A stretch of DNA of 64,000 nt from an uncultured bacterium (GTDB lineage Bacteria; CAYUVA01): assembly GCA_964448115.1 (NCBI GenBank), contig CAYUVA010000019.1, positions 1-64,000 on the forward strand, in the 5' to 3' direction. Shown here piece after piece: positions 19,805-28,995 of the stretch (positions are counted from its first letter, which is position 1; each line of letters opens with the position of its first letter). The translations under genes were made by a program, and so were the position numbers. Under the pieces are notes generated by a model. That model searched no databases, had not been told where the DNA came from, and saw only the letters and a program-made list of their open reading frames with translations.

Positions 19805-21838
19805 CTATCTCATTATTAGCATTGGCTCGGACATGTTAGGAGTAACAAATATCATTTCAAGTTCTTGTAAAGTTTTACCCTCACAAAAGTCTATTAGTTT
19901 AATGATTTGTTCAAGATCTTGCTGTAAGTTAGAATCCATTCTCACATATAGTTGCATAATTACAAACTGCAAATCTAATGCAAATTGTTCATCAATTAAT
20001 ATTTCATTTGGCAATAAATCTCCATTGAAATAAAGTTTTAACATATTACATATTCTATTCACAATCTTCATTATATCTAATGAAAGATAAGGATCATTTT
20101 TTACTGTATGCATACTAGAATTGACAATTCTATATAATGTTTTTACTAATGAATCACCGAATACTGTATTTTCTATAATAAAATTTCTAAATAAATATAA
20201 TTCTTTATCTTTAGCATATTGTTCATCTCGATTTCCAAAGGTAATTGCTGATATAAAACCTTTCCAAAGAATATTTTCATCAACATATTCTAACATTATT
20301 GGATTATCATCTATGGTAATTGTTGCAATATTCGGAGAAATTTCACTGGTTTCATATCTTTCCCATGTTTCATTAAATATATTATAAATTAAATAATATC
20401 CCGGCGATTTTTCCATCTGGAAATCAAAAGTGATTTCTTGATTATTATTTGACCATAAAATAACTCTATAAATTCCTTCTATATTAAAAGTAAAACCATA
20501 GATGCTATTATTAACCCATTTTTTTTGAAAAGTCAATCCACATAAATATTTGTTTAGAAATTTTATTCCTTTATAAGCGAGCTTATATTCTAAAAATGGT
20601 TCGTTAGGGAAACCATTTTCAACATCAAATCTAGATCTTCCATCTGTAATAATACCTGATTGATCAAATCTATCAAAAGGCTGCACAGCGCAATTATGTG
20701 TTACATAAACATCATCTTCTAGACATTCATCTGTCTGGCATTCATAAATTATATTACTATAATTTTTATCTTGAAATAAGCACCAGGATTCTAAAAATGA
20801 TCCTTCATATAAAGTACCGCAATTTATTTTTTTAACATTATGAGATAATGCAATTACTATCTGTTTAATATAATGCCTAGCTTGTTTCAAATCACTACGC
20901 CATTCATAAATACTAATTTCAGGTGCATAACAATCGTATGGTAAACTACAATATCTATCACTATATGTGCCATGTTCAGTTATCCAAATTTCAGCGTCAA
21001 AACATCCACGTGAATTAAGTATATTTTTAATATCCTCTATTGAATCTGATAATTCGGCTTCAGTTTCTTGGCTTTGAAAATTATTAACAGGATTTGGATA
21101 TGGAAATAAATGTGCATCTACAAAATCAAACTCATCGCATTTAAGTCCACTAGGATTAAATATCGAATAAATCATTTCTTTAAGAAAATTTCTCGAACTT
21201 TGGCTTGTAAGACAAGAAATTCCTGTTAAGCCAATAACGGTCGCTAATTGATTACATGAATAGTAATCTTTTAATTCATAAATTACATTTTTTATATTCC
21301 TGAATGTCATAGAATATCCTATCGGAGAGAATTCATCATTTTCAAGATCAAGTTCATTGCCTACCTGCCAATAATCAACAGTACAAATTATTTTCATAGA
21401 TAAATTATTAATTATGACATCTTCTTCAATGAACCTTTTAAAACCATATAGACCATTAATTAAATCACCCCCAGGAGGGGTTGTAATATCTACTGTAAAA
21501 ACTATCTTTAAAGGTTGTTGTGGATTATTCTTAGAATGTTCAATTATATTTTTTATTCTTTCTAATTGTAAATAATATGATTGTTCATCTGTTTTAAAAA
21601 ACCAAGTTACTCTTATCCAACCAATGCCTAATTGTTCCGCATCTGATATTCTCCTTTCAATAGGGACATTGATTTCATTACCATAGAGATCAATTCCAAT
21701 TGGGTCATTTAATTATAAAAGTCCCATGTTTGGGTTACTTATAACTCCCCAAGAATTGATGTTTAGTATAAATAAAAATACTAATGAGATATTAGTGATC
21801 ATTTTTTCCTTTTGATTTAGCTTGACCGTCTTTTTCAT
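19805..21838 (-). pseudogene. Clan GH-A glycoside hydrolase with CFI-box-CTERM-like tail, interrupted by one in-frame TAA
   Basis: ATG 21838 with GAGG RBS is in frame with the 530-aa ORF; single TAA at 21715..21713 (codon 42); motifs LGIGWIRV, WQVGNE, DAHLFPY, IWITEHG; tail GFISAITFG...LFRNFII...FGDSLVKTLY. Confidence 0.75.
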
Positions 21839-21918
21839 CTGATACCTCTCTTTCTTTTTACATTACTGCTTTATTGTTTCTTATTGTCATTCATACCTTT
21901 TATAATCCTAATATCCTC

Positions 21919-23601
21919 CTAATTTCTATGGATGTCAATATATAAAAATTTCTGTGTTAAATGCTTCTTAGCATCATGATTAATGTATATGTCTATTTTT
22001 TGATGATTTGGAAGATTATATTCAAAATAACTTATATTCTTATCAGATAAGAATTGAATAGATCGCATTTGAGCAGAACTTAGCTCTCGTCCCCACGGTA
22101 TATTATAACAGATACGATGAATAGGTCCTATAACAACAGCATCCTGATTTTTTAAGAATTCATCAGTCAATGGTTTATTCACTAAGGGCCATGGTCTTTT
22201 AATTCTCATGTTTTTTATTTTTAATATATTTTTATAGAATTTAGCGATACTATCGGAAGTATGTACATGGCTAGCTAGCCACAGAACATCATATTGTCTT
22301 TGTGAAATATGTCTATTTATATCTAATAATATATCTGAAATTCTCCAATTAGGAACAGTATGTAGATCTGGCTGGATAATATAAAGTTTTCTTATATTTT
22401 TTTCATTTTTACTGCAATTTTTTTCAAATGAATGAAAAACAATTTCTTGTCCAAATATCACATTTATATTTAATTTATTCAAGTTAATCCTTAATCGTTG
22501 ATTTCTCTTTTCTAGTGGTGTAGTGATAAAAATCATATACATAAATGACATTATAATTAATGAAATAACAATTACTTTAACATAGATATTTTTCCAATAT
22601 CTATGATATCCATTTGCAGCAATCATTGAAATTATTATTATCAATGGCAATGTAAATCTATATTCTTTATTTGGGAATGAATAAAAAATGATTATAGGTA
22701 TGAATAAAATTATAAAATAAGTAATAATTTCTCTAAATTTCTTTTTGCTTATATTATCAATAATATAAAAAAATATTCCTATGCAAATTGTAATAAAAAT
22801 TAAAGCACCACATTGATTGGAAAATAATTGTTTTATCCATGTTATTATTTTAGACTGATTAATCTGCTTTAAATCACCAGCTTGACTGTGATAAACAAAG
22901 ACATCAAATTGATGGGGCAAACTACACCAATACCAAGATATAATTATTAGTATAAATATAATAATACCAGTAATTAAATGAAATATCTCTTTTTTATTAA
23001 ATAAGAAAATTGACTTTAAAATAATAATTAATAATAATGGAAGAGTAAAGATTAAAGCAGTTTGCCTAACAAGGAATGGCAAAGCCAATAAAACATAAGA
23101 TATATAACTATATATTTTTTTCTTATTTTTCGTTATTATAAAAAACCCTAAATATGATAAACTCATAGTAGAAAGCATCGCACCATCAGGAAAAAATTCT
23201 CTGAGATACTTTAATACTCCTGGAGAACATAATATTAATATTAAAGCAATATATGATTCATATAAATTCCTAATATAATTGCCGTAAATATAAAAAGATA
23301 ATATAATAATGATTGTCCATATTATTTGAGAAAAGTATAAACTATCTACGCTGCCATTAAATAAAAAAGATGCTGTCAGTCTTAATAGTGGGGGATAATC
23401 ATAAGACTGATACCAAGAATATTTTATCCCTGCTATTATTCCATTATTATCTATTTCCTGCTTAATATCATAAGCCGCTTGGAGATGTTTTGCTTCATCA
23501 ATACCTATGCTAGAATGTTTGGTAATCCATAAAAATTGCCATGCAACGAAAAATATTGTTGTAAAAATATATAAAAATTTTAATTTAGATCTATTCGACA
23601 A
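21919..23601 (-). CDS. GT-C fold membrane glycosyltransferase (ArnT/PMT-like)
   Basis: Many TM helices; DEAKH, YPPL, PDG, KEYRFTLP; TTG start with no RBS of its own. Confidence 0.8.
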   Translation of the reverse strand: MSNRSKLKFLYIFTTIFFVAWQFLWITKHSSIGIDEAKHLQAAYDIKQEIDNNGIIAGIKYSWYQSYDYPPLLRLTASFLFNGSVDSLYFSQIIWTIIIILSFYIYGNYIRNLYESYIALILILCSPGVLKYLREFFPDGAMLSTMSLSYLGFFIITKNKKKIYSYISYVLLALPFLVRQTALIFTLPLLLIIILKSIFLFNKKEIFHLITGIIIFILIIISWYWCSLPHQFDVFVYHSQAGDLKQINQSKIITWIKQLFSNQCGALIFITICIGIFFYIIDNISKKKFREIITYFIILFIPIIIFYSFPNKEYRFTLPLIIIISMIAANGYHRYWKNIYVKVIVISLIIMSFMYMIFITTPLEKRNQRLRINLNKLNINVIFGQEIVFHSFEKNCSKNEKNIRKLYIIQPDLHTVPNWRISDILLDINRHISQRQYDVLWLASHVHTSDSIAKFYKNILKIKNMRIKRPWPLVNKPLTDEFLKNQDAVVIGPIHRICYNIPWGRELSSAQMRSIQFLSDKNISYFEYNLPNHQKIDIYINHDAKKHLTQKFLYIDIHRN

Positions 23602-23623
23602 TTGTAATTTTTTCTTTTTTTAG

Positions 23624-23817
23624 TCAGGTGAAGCTCCGCCTTTTTATAATGTCGCTTTGCCATTCCAAAAGCCTCCTTAGAAAGAGTCCTCGCCCCCTGC
23701 CCTCTCCAAGTCTGGAGATGGGATGTCGAACTCCCCTTCCCCAAACTTGGGCAAGGGTCCGGGGGATGGGATCTTTTTTAATTATCATTATACAATGTTA
23801 AAGTTTAACATAACTTG
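23624..23817. repeat. 194-bp direct repeat, copy 2
   Basis: Matches 19426-19619; contains AGGAGG RBS, ATG at 23663 and a minus-strand TATAAT. Confidence 0.95.
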
Positions 23818-23866
23818 CAGCATTATTCATACTCGCTGGGCATAGCAAACAAGGCATATATGGAAA

Positions 23867-24529
23867 CTATCGACCTTCTGCTTCCAGGCTAGCTTTTTTC
23901 CTTAGCCCCAGCCTGATATCGCGCAGTGTGAGCAGCGCCGCGCCTACATTCAAGCCATGCTCCATCGAAGGATTGGAGCTTATTATAACCCGCACGATCC
24001 AACTCTGCTCCTTGACCGGTGAATACAGGTTATAAACCAAGATGGTGGTATTGAGATCCTCGCCGGGATAAAGGCTGTAGTTATAATACCCTCCCTTAAG
24101 GTCTCCATCTATCCACTCCCCTCTAAGCGAGTGCATCGGCTCAGCCTTGAAAAGCAATGTATATTTCAGACTGGTCAAGGGCACCTTCAGCTCGAAATAG
24201 ACCTTGTACTGGTTCTTGAACCTGCCCAATCTCTCACATCTCTTGAGATTGTTGAAGTATTTAGTGTAATTGTCGAAATCGAGCAGGAACTCCCAGACTT
24301 CGGACACTGGGTGATCGAGCAGGGTTATGGCAGTAGCCTGCTTCAGCGATCCATCCTCGTTGGACTCGATCAAGCCGACCTCTCCCCTTTGCAGCATCTG
24401 TATAACCGTTCCCTTGTCCAGGGTCATATCGAGGATCTTTATCTTTGTCCCATCTTGCCCTGATGCAGGGACGATGATAACGCAAAAGCAAAGTAATAAG
24501 CTAAAGATGATGCAAAATCTAAGGGGCAT
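23867..24529 (-). CDS. SRPBCR/START (polyketide cyclase-like) domain protein with signal peptide
   Basis: Signal peptide; PVSEVWEFLLDFDNYTKYF, IDGDLK; C-terminal helix. Confidence 0.75.
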   Translation of the reverse strand: MPLRFCIIFSLLLCFCVIIVPASGQDGTKIKILDMTLDKGTVIQMLQRGEVGLIESNEDGSLKQATAITLLDHPVSEVWEFLLDFDNYTKYFNNLKRCERLGRFKNQYKVYFELKVPLTSLKYTLLFKAEPMHSLRGEWIDGDLKGGYYNYSLYPGEDLNTTILVYNLYSPVKEQSWIVRVIISSNPSMEHGLNVGAALLTLRDIRLGLRKKASLEAEGR

Positions 24530-24533
24530 AGGC

Positions 24534-25352
24534 TCAAACTCCCCCTTGCAGGCGGGACATAACCTGGTCTGCGATGACTCCTAGGCTCTCGTTTATCACC
24601 AGGGTTGCCATGGAGTCATAAGGTGTGCTATCTCGATTCAATATTATAAGCCTGGCGCCGGATTGGAGCGCAATCCTGGGCAGGTCGGCAACTGGATAGA
24701 CAACTAACGAGGAACCGAGCACGATCATGGTATCGCAGGTTCGTGCCAGCTTGACTGCCCGGGCGAAGTCTTCTGCTGGCAGCGGATCGCCGAACAGCAC
24801 CACATCGGGCTTGATGACTCCCTCGTCCTTGTCGCAGCGTGGGGGATTTTGCCCCGAGGTGAACTTGTTGACGATGATCTCCATAGAGTACTTTTCCTCG
24901 CAAGTGGTACAGGTTCCCTCGCGCAGGTTGCCATGCACCTCGATTACATCCCTTGAGCCAGCCTTTTGGTGTAATCCGTCTATGTTCTGTGTTATAACCG
25001 TTTTGACTTTGCCCATCTCTTCCAGTACAGCGAGCATCTTATGCGCTTTAGTCGGCTCAGCGGAGATGATCTGTGGCACCAGCTCAGCAGAGACCTCATA
25101 GAAGACCTTGGGATTTCTGTTGAAGCCATCCCTGGTAAAGGCGACCATGGGATCTATTCGCGCCCACAAGCCGACATTAGGGCTTCGAAAGTCCGGTATC
25201 CCCGCCTCGGTGCTGATCCCAGCCCCGGTCAGAGCAGTAATGTATTTGCTGGTATTTATTACATCAACCAGCATCTGGTAGTCATCGGACAGGTTCATGT
25301 CGATTTCACCAACCTCCTTGATAATTCCAACCAGCTTCTTCAATAATACCAT
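24534..25352 (-). CDS. cobB: NAD-dependent protein deacylase (sirtuin); true start may be 25298
   Basis: TGAGISTEAGIPDFRS, TQNIDGLHQKAG, HG..CxxC, KPDVVLFG, GSSLVVYP. Confidence 0.93.
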   Translation of the reverse strand: MVLLKKLVGIIKEVGEIDMNLSDDYQMLVDVINTSKYITALTGAGISTEAGIPDFRSPNVGLWARIDPMVAFTRDGFNRNPKVFYEVSAELVPQIISAEPTKAHKMLAVLEEMGKVKTVITQNIDGLHQKAGSRDVIEVHGNLREGTCTTCEEKYSMEIIVNKFTSGQNPPRCDKDEGVIKPDVVLFGDPLPAEDFARAVKLARTCDTMIVLGSSLVVYPVADLPRIALQSGARLIILNRDSTPYDSMATLVINESLGVIADQVMSRLQGGV

Positions 25353-25355
25353 AGA

Positions 25356-26390
25356 TTATCTGAAACTTCCCAGAACCTCAATAGTCTTGTCAATATCCGA
25401 ATCGGATATATCCATGTGTGTAACCATGCGCATAGAATCGATCCCGGTGGCAAAGGCGAGGATATCGTTTTTAGCCAGGAACTCCACCAGGTCTTTTGCA
25501 GTCTTGCCTGGTTTTATGAGCCTGAAGCGCACGATGTTGGTCTGTACGCTTTCCATATCGATCTCAAAGGCGGGCATGCTATGGATAGCCTCGGCGAGCC
25601 TCCTGGCTCTACGATGATCATCAGCCAGCAGATTGATATTGTTTTGCAATGCGTATATGCCGGCGGCAGCCAATATGCCTGCCTGGCGCATGGCACCGCC
25701 AAGCATCCTGCGGAAGCGCCTTGTTTTGTTTATGTAATCAGCGCTGCCGGCGACCATAGCTCCCACAGGGGCACCAAGCCCCTTTGACAAGCAGAATGAT
25801 ACGCTGTCATAGTACTTGACATGTTCCTTGATGTCGTTCCCGGCTGCTATGGCAGAGTTGAAAATCCTTGCCCCATCGCAATGGATGGGCAATCCGTGCT
25901 CTTGGGCGATCTCGGCTATTTCCTTGAGCCAATGGCGCACAAAGACCGTGCCCCCAGCCGCATTATGGGTATCCTCCAGCCAGATAAGCCTGGTCTGGGG
26001 CATGGTGATATGTGCGGGTCTGATGCCTTGCTTTACCTCATGCACAGTAAGTGCTCCCTTGCTTCCCTGCAAAAGGTTGTATTGGACGCCGCTGATGAAA
26101 GGGGCTGCGGCAGCCTCATGGGTAACTACATGGGAGTCTCTCTGGATGATAACCTCGCAGCCGGGGGTTGCATAATAGAGCATGGAGACCTGGTTTGCCA
26201 TCACCCCGCTGGCAACGAACATGGCAGCCTCCTTGCCGAGCATGGAGGCTGTCATTTCCTCCAGTCGTTTCACGGTGGGATCATCGCGGAGCACATCATC
26301 GCCGACTATAGCCTCTGCGATAGCCTTTCGCATCCCCGGTGAGGGTCGGGTTACCGTATCGCTTCGCAGGTCTATCTTTCCCTGGTACAT
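25356..26390 (-). CDS. ltaE: Low-specificity L-threonine aldolase
   Basis: DLRSDTVTRP, VGDDV, EDTHN, HCDGARIFN, CLSKGLGAPVG. Confidence 0.95.
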   Translation of the reverse strand: MYQGKIDLRSDTVTRPSPGMRKAIAEAIVGDDVLRDDPTVKRLEEMTASMLGKEAAMFVASGVMANQVSMLYYATPGCEVIIQRDSHVVTHEAAAAPFISGVQYNLLQGSKGALTVHEVKQGIRPAHITMPQTRLIWLEDTHNAAGGTVFVRHWLKEIAEIAQEHGLPIHCDGARIFNSAIAAGNDIKEHVKYYDSVSFCLSKGLGAPVGAMVAGSADYINKTRRFRRMLGGAMRQAGILAAAGIYALQNNINLLADDHRRARRLAEAIHSMPAFEIDMESVQTNIVRFRLIKPGKTAKDLVEFLAKNDILAFATGIDSMRMVTHMDISDSDIDKTIEVLGSFR

Positions 26391-26598
26391 ATCTTGAAAA
26401 AATCCTTTCCATAATAACCTGATATTTTTACAATGAATAAAATCGTATCACCGGACAGATAAATTGCAAACCATTTTGGACTACTGCCTAAGAAAGAAAA
26501 TGTAATTTCGTGCATGATAATTTCCATAGCCTCATGTTTGTTCATTTGCTTTGAAAATGTTATCGATTTGAATTACTATTGTTTTTGAGGGCTGTAAT

Positions 26599-27900
26599 AT
26601 GAGGGCTGTAAACGACAGCCATAAATTGCAACAAAGACTTCTCGAACTGGTCAAGATCACCGGCAAGATAAACTCCGCCTGGAAGCTTGACGATGTGCTC
26701 AACTATTCCATGTTCCTTGCCGAGGACTTCCTAAGAGCCGGGGCTAGCTCGATATGGCTAATAGATAAGGACAAGGATGAGCTTTACTTCCGACTGGTGC
26801 GAGGAGAAAGCGCAGACAAGATCTCCACTATCCGCATGAAAATGGGGGAGGGTATCGTCGGCCATGTGGCTGCAAGCGGCAAATCGGTGGTAATAAACGA
26901 TCCAACAAGCGATCCCAGGTGGAAGCCTGTTGCTGATAATCGATCCGGCTTCGAGACAAAACAGCTCATATCTGTACCCTTAAAAGCCAGGGACGAAATC
27001 ATCGGTGTGATCCAGGTGCTCAATAAGGAGAATGAGGAGCCATTCAACAATGAGGACTTGTTTCTCCTGCAGATATTGGCGGACCAGGTGGCGCTTGCGC
27101 TGGAAAACGCCAGGCTATATGAGGAACAACTGCAAAAGGAGAGGATGCAACAGGAAGTAGAGCACCTTAAAATACTCGATGCCAAGAAGACGGAGCTATT
27201 GAATCATGTGGTTCATGAGCTGCAAAGCCCCCTGGCTAATATCATAGGTTATGCCAACCTCATCAAGCTGGTAATCAAAGATGATGAGGCAGGGGAACTA
27301 AGGGCAGGCGAAATCATCCTTGAACAGGCAAAGAGGCTCAATAGACTGGTAGAGGAGATGCTCGATCTAGCGAGAATACGATCCGGCAGGATCGAGATCC
27401 AGAAACATTCTTTTTCTATTACGGAATTACTCAAGCAAATCGTAGATAGCTTCTTATCCGAAGCAAAAAAGGCGAAAGTTAAGCTTCGCATCGAGGAAGC
27501 TAATCAGGATATCAACCTTTGCTCTGACCGTGACAAGCTCTCCCAGGTGCTATCTAATCTGGTATCCAACAGCATTAAATACGCGGGCAAAGGCTCCATA
27601 GTAACCCTCGGCTTCTCCTGCCGATCCTCAAAGGAGAACGATGATGTTGATATGGTAAAAATAATGGTCAGGGACAACGGGGTGGGCATTCCACTGGCTG
27701 ATCTCGACCACATCTTCGAGGAATTCTACCGGGTCAAGGGAAAAGGGAGTCATCCACCCAGCGGCACGGGATTGGGGCTTGCCATAACAAAGAGCCTGGT
27801 TAAAGCCCTAGGTGGTGAGATCTCGGTTAAAAGCAGGCTCGGCGAGGGGAGCGAATTCACGGTTACAATACCAACGAATCTGGGCAAACAAGGTGAATGA
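26599..27900 (+). CDS. Cytoplasmic GAF-domain sensor histidine kinase
   Basis: GAF (GEGIVGHVA, VPLKARDEIIGVIQVLNK); HELQSPL; NLVSNSIKY, DNGVGI, IFEEFYR, GTGLGL. Confidence 0.93.
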   Translation: MRAVNDSHKLQQRLLELVKITGKINSAWKLDDVLNYSMFLAEDFLRAGASSIWLIDKDKDELYFRLVRGESADKISTIRMKMGEGIVGHVAASGKSVVINDPTSDPRWKPVADNRSGFETKQLISVPLKARDEIIGVIQVLNKENEEPFNNEDLFLLQILADQVALALENARLYEEQLQKERMQQEVEHLKILDAKKTELLNHVVHELQSPLANIIGYANLIKLVIKDDEAGELRAGEIILEQAKRLNRLVEEMLDLARIRSGRIEIQKHSFSITELLKQIVDSFLSEAKKAKVKLRIEEANQDINLCSDRDKLSQVLSNLVSNSIKYAGKGSIVTLGFSCRSSKENDDVDMVKIMVRDNGVGIPLADLDHIFEEFYRVKGKGSHPPSGTGLGLAITKSLVKALGGEISVKSRLGEGSEFTVTIPTNLGKQGE

Positions 27901-27952
27901 ACAACAATGAACCTTAATATTCAAATAATCATACTAATGACAGGGGGATTAA

Positions 27953-28846
27953 ATGAGCAAACAGGTAATGCTTAGCAGCGCTATTTTGCTGCTTGTAGGA
28001 TTCATCGTTTTCAGTACAGGCGATGTCTATGCCCGTGAATATGGCTGGGAGATCGATCCTCAGATCGTCAAAGATGACCGCATTGCCGATCTCCAGGCGA
28101 CCTTGCAGGCAGCCTATGATGCCTTTGAGCAGAGGGAGAACCAGGCAAAGGCAAGGGATGCGGTAAGTCTCTTCGAGCAGGCGTGGCTATTGAAGCCCGA
28201 TGGCGTGGAGATATGCGGGATGCTCGCCAGGGCTTACTATTGGCTCGCCGATGCCTTTGCGAAAAATGAAGATGAGAAGATCGAACTGCACCACAAGGGC
28301 GCTCAATGGGGGGAGAGAGGGATCTACCTGTCGCCCTTGTTCAGGCAACAAATAGACAAGGGCAAGGGCTTCAAGGATGCTGTCAAACATCTCTCCGACG
28401 ATTACCTCCTGCCCATGTACTGGACAGCGTCGAACCTGGGGAGATACGGTAATCTCAAGGGATTCATGGCTACCCTGAAGACGGTGGGCGATGTCAAGGC
28501 GCTCAATGCCCGCATAGAGTACCTGGATCCTACATACGCTCATGCCGGCGCCCTCAGATTTTTCGGCGCATACTACGCAAAGGCTCCCGGACTCTTCGGG
28601 GGAGACATGGACAAGTCCAAGGAATACTTCGAGAGGGCTTTCGCTATTGATAACGATTACTTCGTAACCCATGTTCTCTATGCTGAGATGTATGCGGTAA
28701 AGGCTAAGGAAAAGGAGCTTTTCAAGAAACACCTCCAGTTCGTCCTGGATACACCCTCGGATGTGATTCCAGACAAGATTCCAGAACAAAACCTGGAAAA
28801 AAAGAAGGCAGCGGATCTGATGAAGCAAATAGATGAGCTGTTCTGA
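27953..28846 (+). CDS. Secreted TPR protein, TRAP-associated TatT-like
   Basis: Signal peptide; LDPTYAHAGALRFFGAYY..AP...GGD..KSKEYFERA. Confidence 0.7.
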   Translation: MSKQVMLSSAILLLVGFIVFSTGDVYAREYGWEIDPQIVKDDRIADLQATLQAAYDAFEQRENQAKARDAVSLFEQAWLLKPDGVEICGMLARAYYWLADAFAKNEDEKIELHHKGAQWGERGIYLSPLFRQQIDKGKGFKDAVKHLSDDYLLPMYWTASNLGRYGNLKGFMATLKTVGDVKALNARIEYLDPTYAHAGALRFFGAYYAKAPGLFGGDMDKSKEYFERAFAIDNDYFVTHVLYAEMYAVKAKEKELFKKHLQFVLDTPSDVIPDKIPEQNLEKKKAADLMKQIDELF

Positions 28847-28995
28847 GAAGTTTATATAGCCTCATTTAGAGAAAAATAGGCTCGATATCGCCATACTCGT
28901 CTAGCGATTTTCGAAAAAAATTTGGACTTATTGAAATTTAGACGGATTCGGGTATTATGATATTATAATATCTCATTAAAGCTGGGGAGCAGAAC

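Larger units (their letters stand above)
19620..23623. mobile_element. AT-rich horizontally acquired island (glycosyltransferase plus glycoside hydrolase pseudogene), no mobility gene
   Basis: Sharp drop in GC (two sampled 60-nt lines gave 12% and 30%, versus about 50% in the flanks); bounded by the 194-bp direct repeats. Confidence 0.85.

Noticed and set aside
21713-21715. Selenocysteine or pyrrolysine recoding in the island hydrolase
   Set aside because: The in-frame stop is TAA, not TGA or TAG
19620-23623. Prophage, IS or integron as the carrier of the island
   Set aside because: No integrase, transposase, terminal inverted repeats or attC-like sites were seen
24534-25352. Sirtuin as a Thoeris/DSR-type defence effector
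   Set aside because: Classic zinc-binding CobB-type deacylase in a housekeeping operon with ltaE
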